This document shows, in pieces, positions 1-64,000 of a stretch of DNA of 64,000 nucleotides. The notes below the pieces were generated by a model that saw only the letters and a program-made list of their open reading frames with translations, had not been told where the DNA came from and searched no databases. The position numbers and the translations under genes were made by a program. Every line of letters starts with the position of its first letter. Within the stretch, counting starts at the first letter, position 1. The stretch is from Carcharhinus amblyrhynchos (taxonomy: Eukaryota), in the NCBI GenBank assembly GCA_965287045.1, contig OZ336877.1, positions 29,264,001 to 29,328,000 of the forward strand. Direction: 5' to 3'.

Positions 1-54
1 ACAGTTAATGTTTTGAGTTCGTATGACTCTTCAAAGCTGAGGGTAGAAATGGAA

Positions 55-460
55 GAAGTTTGGGTTGGTCTTTCTTGGAGCAAAGGTAAATGAGGGGAGA
101 TTTGAGAGGGGAATACAAGATAACAAGTTTAGATATGGCAGACTAAGAAAAATTGCTCCATTAGCTAACACTACAAAGACTAGGGGATAGAAATTTTTAA
201 GTGTTTAGGCAAGGGAATACAGGGCGAAGTGAGAAGTAATTACATAGCCAGCAATAATGACCAGGAACTTGCTGTCTACAAGGGCTGTAAAAGCAGAGAC
301 AATCCGGGATTTAAAATAGACATCAGAGAGAAATAAATCTGCAGGGCTTCAGGGATAACAGTGGCAGAATGGAACTGACTGGACTGGTCTATAAAAGACA
401 GGAATCAATTTGATGGGCCAACTGGCTTCCCTCCGTGCCCTGGTGACCCCATGATTCTGG
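55..460 (+). mobile_element. Degenerate CR1-type LINE 3' end
   Basis: RLRGDL-like coding relic (aaatgaggggagatttg) and CR1 tail motif (gatgggccaactggcttccctccgtgc). Confidence 0.65.
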
Positions 461-729
461 GAATAAAATAGAAAAAGCTAGCACTGGAAATTAAACTTGC
501 AACCACTAGTTGCTGTGGTGAGAAATTTATTACTCACAACAAAATATCAATCAATAAAAGCTGATGAAAACAAGCATGAACATGGAAGTCACGCAAAAAA
601 TTTAATAAGTCAGATAATAGTACTTATTGCATACTTTTCATTATGAAAAGTTTTCCTTTACTGTAACACTATCCCATAGTCTCCAATGCAAATGATTAGA
701 TTTAGTCACAGAAGGCAATTTTCCTTTAC

Positions 730-59764
<59,035 letters not shown>

Positions 59765-60099
59765 CTGAAGCAATATAAAGAAGAAACAAGATATAAACTG
59801 TAATCAGTATGTTGTAGCGAGAAGCTCCGCTAAAGTTTTCAGTTATAATAGCTTCATCATAAACAGTCATGATTCTACATGCATACTTTACAACCCTTTT
59901 ACCTCCCAGCAAAAACAATACACCACACTTCTACACATAGATCCATCAGAATCATGGAAGGAAGAATAAATGAAACAGTTGGTTACCCACAACACAGCTG
60001 AAGGTGCCCAGAAAATGGACGAGCAATACCAGCATGAAGCAAGTGGCTATTGGGGAGGGAGAAAAGAGTTAAGTGCACAGATGCAGCAGGAGATAGGAA

Positions 60100-60425
60100 G
60101 AGGAAGAGGCAGAGGGGGGGGGACGGACAGAGAAGAGGCAGGGGGGGGGGACGGACAGAGAAGAGGCAGGGGGGGGGGACGGACAGAGAAGAGGCGGGGG
60201 GGGGGGGACAGAGAAGAGGCGGGGGGGGGGGGACGGACAGAGAAGAGGCAGAGGGGGGGACGGACAGAGAAGAGGCAGAGGGGGGGACGGACAGAGAAGA
60301 GGCAGAGGGGGGGACGGACAGAGAAGAGGCAGAGGGGGGGACGGACAGAGAAGAGGCAGAGGGGGGGACGGACAGAGAAGAGGCAGAGGGGGGGACGGAC
60401 AGAGAAGAGGCAGAGGGGGGGACAG
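60100..60425 (+). repeat. Purine-rich minisatellite, 27-bp unit GGACGGACAGAGAAGAGGCAGAGGGGG, about 11 copies
   Basis: Seven near-identical 27-bp units (about 60231-60420) preceded by four units with variable G-run length. Confidence 0.95.
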
Positions 60426-60779
60426 GTCAGCAGGTATTTCAAAGAAGAATGGGAGATTGTGACATTTGCCAGGTTGAACTGTTCAGCAGACAAGGGATTA
60501 ACAGGCAGCAAGGAGAAGGGGGAAGAATGCTTTATGTGTCCACCTCCATTTTACCTGCAGACTGCACTTGGTTTTAATCCTTGTGTGCAATGTTGCACAA
60601 GGTCAGCTAGTTTGAAATTCACACTGAGATGACTCAAGAAAATCCAAATCTTGACATGAAAACTTACCAGAAATAACATAAGCTGGTACGTGCCAGCCCA
60701 ATTTATTCAAAGGTACTCTCTGAACATCTTCAGATTGAGCACAAATCCAACTAGGGGCCAGTTAGATTAGTGTGGCAAC

Positions 60780-62525
60780 TTTATAATGTCACAACACAAA
60801 AATACATATAAAGGAAGTTAAAATGTGAAAGGAAACCACAAAAAATGTGGCATTGGTGGAAAGCTTTATAAGTGGGAGATTCAAAAAAATAGGAATGAGG
60901 AAATTATTAAACTATGAAGGATATAAAGGCACATTCAGAGAAAGCATACGCCATCATGAGATGAAATAAGCAAGCTTTAAGTAGAGAAGATGGAAACACT
61001 AGGTAAATCTTTCGTCTGTTTTCAGATGAAATGCAGATACTAGGATGGTAGAATGAGAAGAGGTGGATGACAAACTGTTAGCAGAAGTTGCTATTCAAAG
61101 AGGCAAACTAGTTACACAAGCTTGTGGTAGGTATAGACAAGTCCCTAGAATCTGGATATCTACAGGACCTGAAGAGAAACTAGGAAGGAATAGCTTATGT
61201 ACAGACATTTTTCCAAAGTCCATGGAAAGGAAACTTTTGTCAGAGAATTGAAGTGTGTGGACGTGGCTTCCTTTTCAAAAGGGACAGGGAGCACTAAACT
61301 AGAAAGACAAGAAATTATACATTTCAGTTGTCGATAATCTACTGAAATGCAGAATACAATTGTTTAAGCGCTTGGCAAAACAAGTGGTTATTGGGGCTAT
61401 TCAGTATGGATGCCTAAAAGGCAATATTTTGCTTGACCATTTTATGGAATTATTGAAGGGAAAAAAACAGTGGGAACAACTAAAAGTGCAGAAGATATAT
61501 TTTGTAGGAGTTCTTTTTAAAAATTCATAACTTTCAGAAAGCATTTGATACTGGACAAGAAATTGAAACACAAGGTTGTGGCTGGATGGACAGAAAGAGA
61601 GGACATGAAGCAAAGGGCAGCTGCAAAGGGAGTTTCTTGGACCGAAAAGATATATTTCGTGTTTCTCTATGGGGCTGTGTGTTGAAGCAGCTTATTAGCA
61701 AAATCACAATTATCTGGACTGCTTGATTAGACCGAAGAATACCGAAGCTTATTGATGATAAATAGCATCATGTGATAACCATAAAGATTGCAGGTGGACC
61801 TAAGTAAGATGTCAGGATAAGCAGATAGATGACAAACAGTTCAATACAGAAAACCATGAATTAATATCTCTTTACAGTAGAGTGTGGGAGAACAGAAATG
61901 GACATCAAAATGATAACTTAAGTAGAACAAAGGAGCAAACACTGATCTTGGGTGCACAGGTCATTAAGAGTGACAACATGAACAGGCTAAAGCAATTCTT
62001 GACTTTACATCTACAACATAAACACAAGATCTTAGTTATAACTCAGCTGCAGTACGAGGCACAGATTTAGACACTCCATTATAAAAAGGAGAAAAAGTAA
62101 TGGAAAATTTGCAATTCAGGCTATCTAATACATTTCTTAGGATCAGAGGTTACAGTAATGGAAAGAGACTTATTTTAGGATGTTTTCCACTACAGCAAAG
62201 GGGTGACCTGAATATAAAGGGATAATAATAATAATAATGATCATCAATTGTTTCCACAGATCGATGAGACAGTAACAAGGCAGCACTGATGTTTAAAAAC
62301 AAAAATAATTCAATGGACAGTTAAAAAATATTTACAGTCAGGGTGGTTAGAATTTGCACTTCTCTGACATAGTCAATTAATTCTCAAAGGAAATTAGAGA
62401 GTAATTTAAAAAAGCTTATTAAAGGATATGAGGAGTAAGCAGGAGTGTAAAATTAGAAGCCTTGCGTGGACTAAAATGTGGCCTAGCACTGACAGTCAAA
62501 AGATCTGTTTCTGTACTGTCATATT
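60780..62525 (+). mobile_element. Heavily degenerate CR1-like LINE
   Basis: Scattered RT relics (aagcttattgatgata, cagttcaatacagaaa, ggggtgacctg) and tail tctgtttctgtactgtc. Confidence 0.55.
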
Positions 62526-62959
62526 TTATATATAATGCTGGGGGCCTGCTGGACATAGTGTAAATGAGTGCTAAACTTCTGAGACTGGTGAAAATTTCAC
62601 AAGAAAAGCAACGTGCTCACACCACTCAAACGTCATGCCATCAGTTCACTTATGTAATAACTGACAGCTCCAGGCATCAACATGGACACATGCAGGAGCC
62701 ACAGAGGTATGAGCAGATAATGTTGTACAAGTGAAACTTTAAAACCACACAGAAGTCAAATAGAGGAACAAAAATTCTTAGAGCATCTGAAAGCTTCCAA
62801 AAAGGGAGCTCAACCCACTTGCAGCCTTTGCCATGGCTGAATGGGGGAATGGGCAAAAGCCTGCAAGAAAATGACAGGTCAGTCCTGTGCCTGAACATAC
62901 TTCACAGTAGCTTAAGTCAAGGTTGTGTTGTATAAGGTAGCTGTCATTCTGCAGTATGG

Positions 62960-63095
62960 TTCCCACAAGTTTATGTGGTTGACTTTTAACTGCCCTCTGA
63001 AATGGCCTAGCAAACCACTCAATTCAAGGGCAATTAGGGATGGGCAAATGCTGGCCTTGCTATTAATGGCAAGATCCAACAAAATATGGGGAAAA
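62960..63095 (+). mobile_element. Shark SINE/LINE 3' tail
   Basis: atgtggttgacttttaactgccctctgaaatggcc...gcaattagggatgggcaaatgctggccttgc. Confidence 0.65.
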
Positions 63096-64000
63096 AATGC
63101 CCAGCGAAAGGTGCGGCAGCCAACTCACACTGGCACTGGTTGTGCCGACTCATGATTGCACAGTCATTGAAGGCAACTCAGATGATGTAGCTCTACATCT
63201 GGCTGTGATGACCCAGACCATGGCAAGAAAATTTCCAACAGGCTCTGCCTGGTAGATGCAATAGATAATGCCTGCAAATATGCTCGGAAGATGTTCCCCC
63301 GGTGTGCCTTCTTTCATGTACTACTAAAAGTATGACATACTATTATCGGGCTACTTCTAAAGAATCATCTAACATTACAGGTAGTCAAAGCATTAACATG
63401 TCAACAGTACCATTGGGTTGGGTATCCCAGTTTCTTATGGAAATAGGAGCCACCACATGCACTAATTATCTGCCAAAGCAAGGTCTAGTCACCTCTGTCT
63501 GCAGATTCGGGTGTGAGGGTACTGCTGGGTGGGCACAGAATACCTCACGTGCAGTCTGACCTGGTTGGCATCCTTCCGTTGGTCCTCGTTTTCCAAACAC
63601 GTTAGATAGGGAGGATTCCCACTGGAGAACCCATTGGTACCAATAATAGTGCTGGGAGTAAAACAAAAAATACTCTAATTGTCACAAAGGCTCAAGATTT
63701 CCTAATTGCTAGCAGAAAAAAATAAAACTGGTGCAGAGAAGACTTTAAAACGGTTGAATGTTTTTTTCAAATTACTGGTCATACATAGGTCAGCACTCAA
63801 CCCTAGATTGCCTATTAAATACAAGCAGAACTGGCACTGATGCTGACCCAGTTTGATAGCAAGAAAGCTCCAAATAACAACCAAAATGTGCATAGGGGTA
63901 GAGAATCCACATTACAGGTATCCACCCTTTTTCCACCCTAGTCAGCAAAAAAGCCGTAATGAATTCACATTACAGTGGAAGACCCTTTCTGCTCTTAATT

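Noticed and set aside
60100-60425. CRISPR-like array
   Set aside because: No unique spacers, and the context is a vertebrate intron
60550-60600. CTGCAG|GTAAAA as donor of the next upstream UBR5 exon
   Set aside because: Translation (TRIKTKCSLQ) does not match the expected LRIDELQ; that exon appears to lie beyond the window
59970-60632. Three long ORFs (220, 154 and 175 aa)
   Set aside because: Products of the stop-free 27-bp minisatellite; low-complexity translations

Overview
Eukaryotic, AT-rich, repeat-rich genomic DNA. The SINE/LINE content points to an elasmobranch (shark), most likely a carcharhiniform. The whole window lies inside one minus-strand gene, the HECT E3 ubiquitin ligase UBR5 (EDD/HYD). 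I traced 35 consecutive GT-AG coding exons (59764 down to 730) with consistent splice phases, totalling 5265 nt (1755 codons). They cover part of the N-terminal propeller region, the UBR-box zinc finger, the acidic middle region, the HECT N-lobe and the MLLE/PABC domain. Neither the start nor the stop of the gene is in the window. Introns contain HE1-type V-SINEs (two tail variants), CR1 LINEs of several ages (one with ORF1 esterase remnants), L2 fragments, a Deu-domain SINE relic, Penelope-like fragments with degenerate minimal hammerhead-ribozyme cores, a probable TIR MITE and a 27-bp purine-rich minisatellite. The most unusual speculative signal is intron 19008-22622, which holds a candidate alternative last exon with AATAAA plus a promoter-like motif cluster ahead of an in-frame ATG-bearing exon extension. 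Family assignments come from recalled motifs, not database searches; repeat boundaries are approximate.
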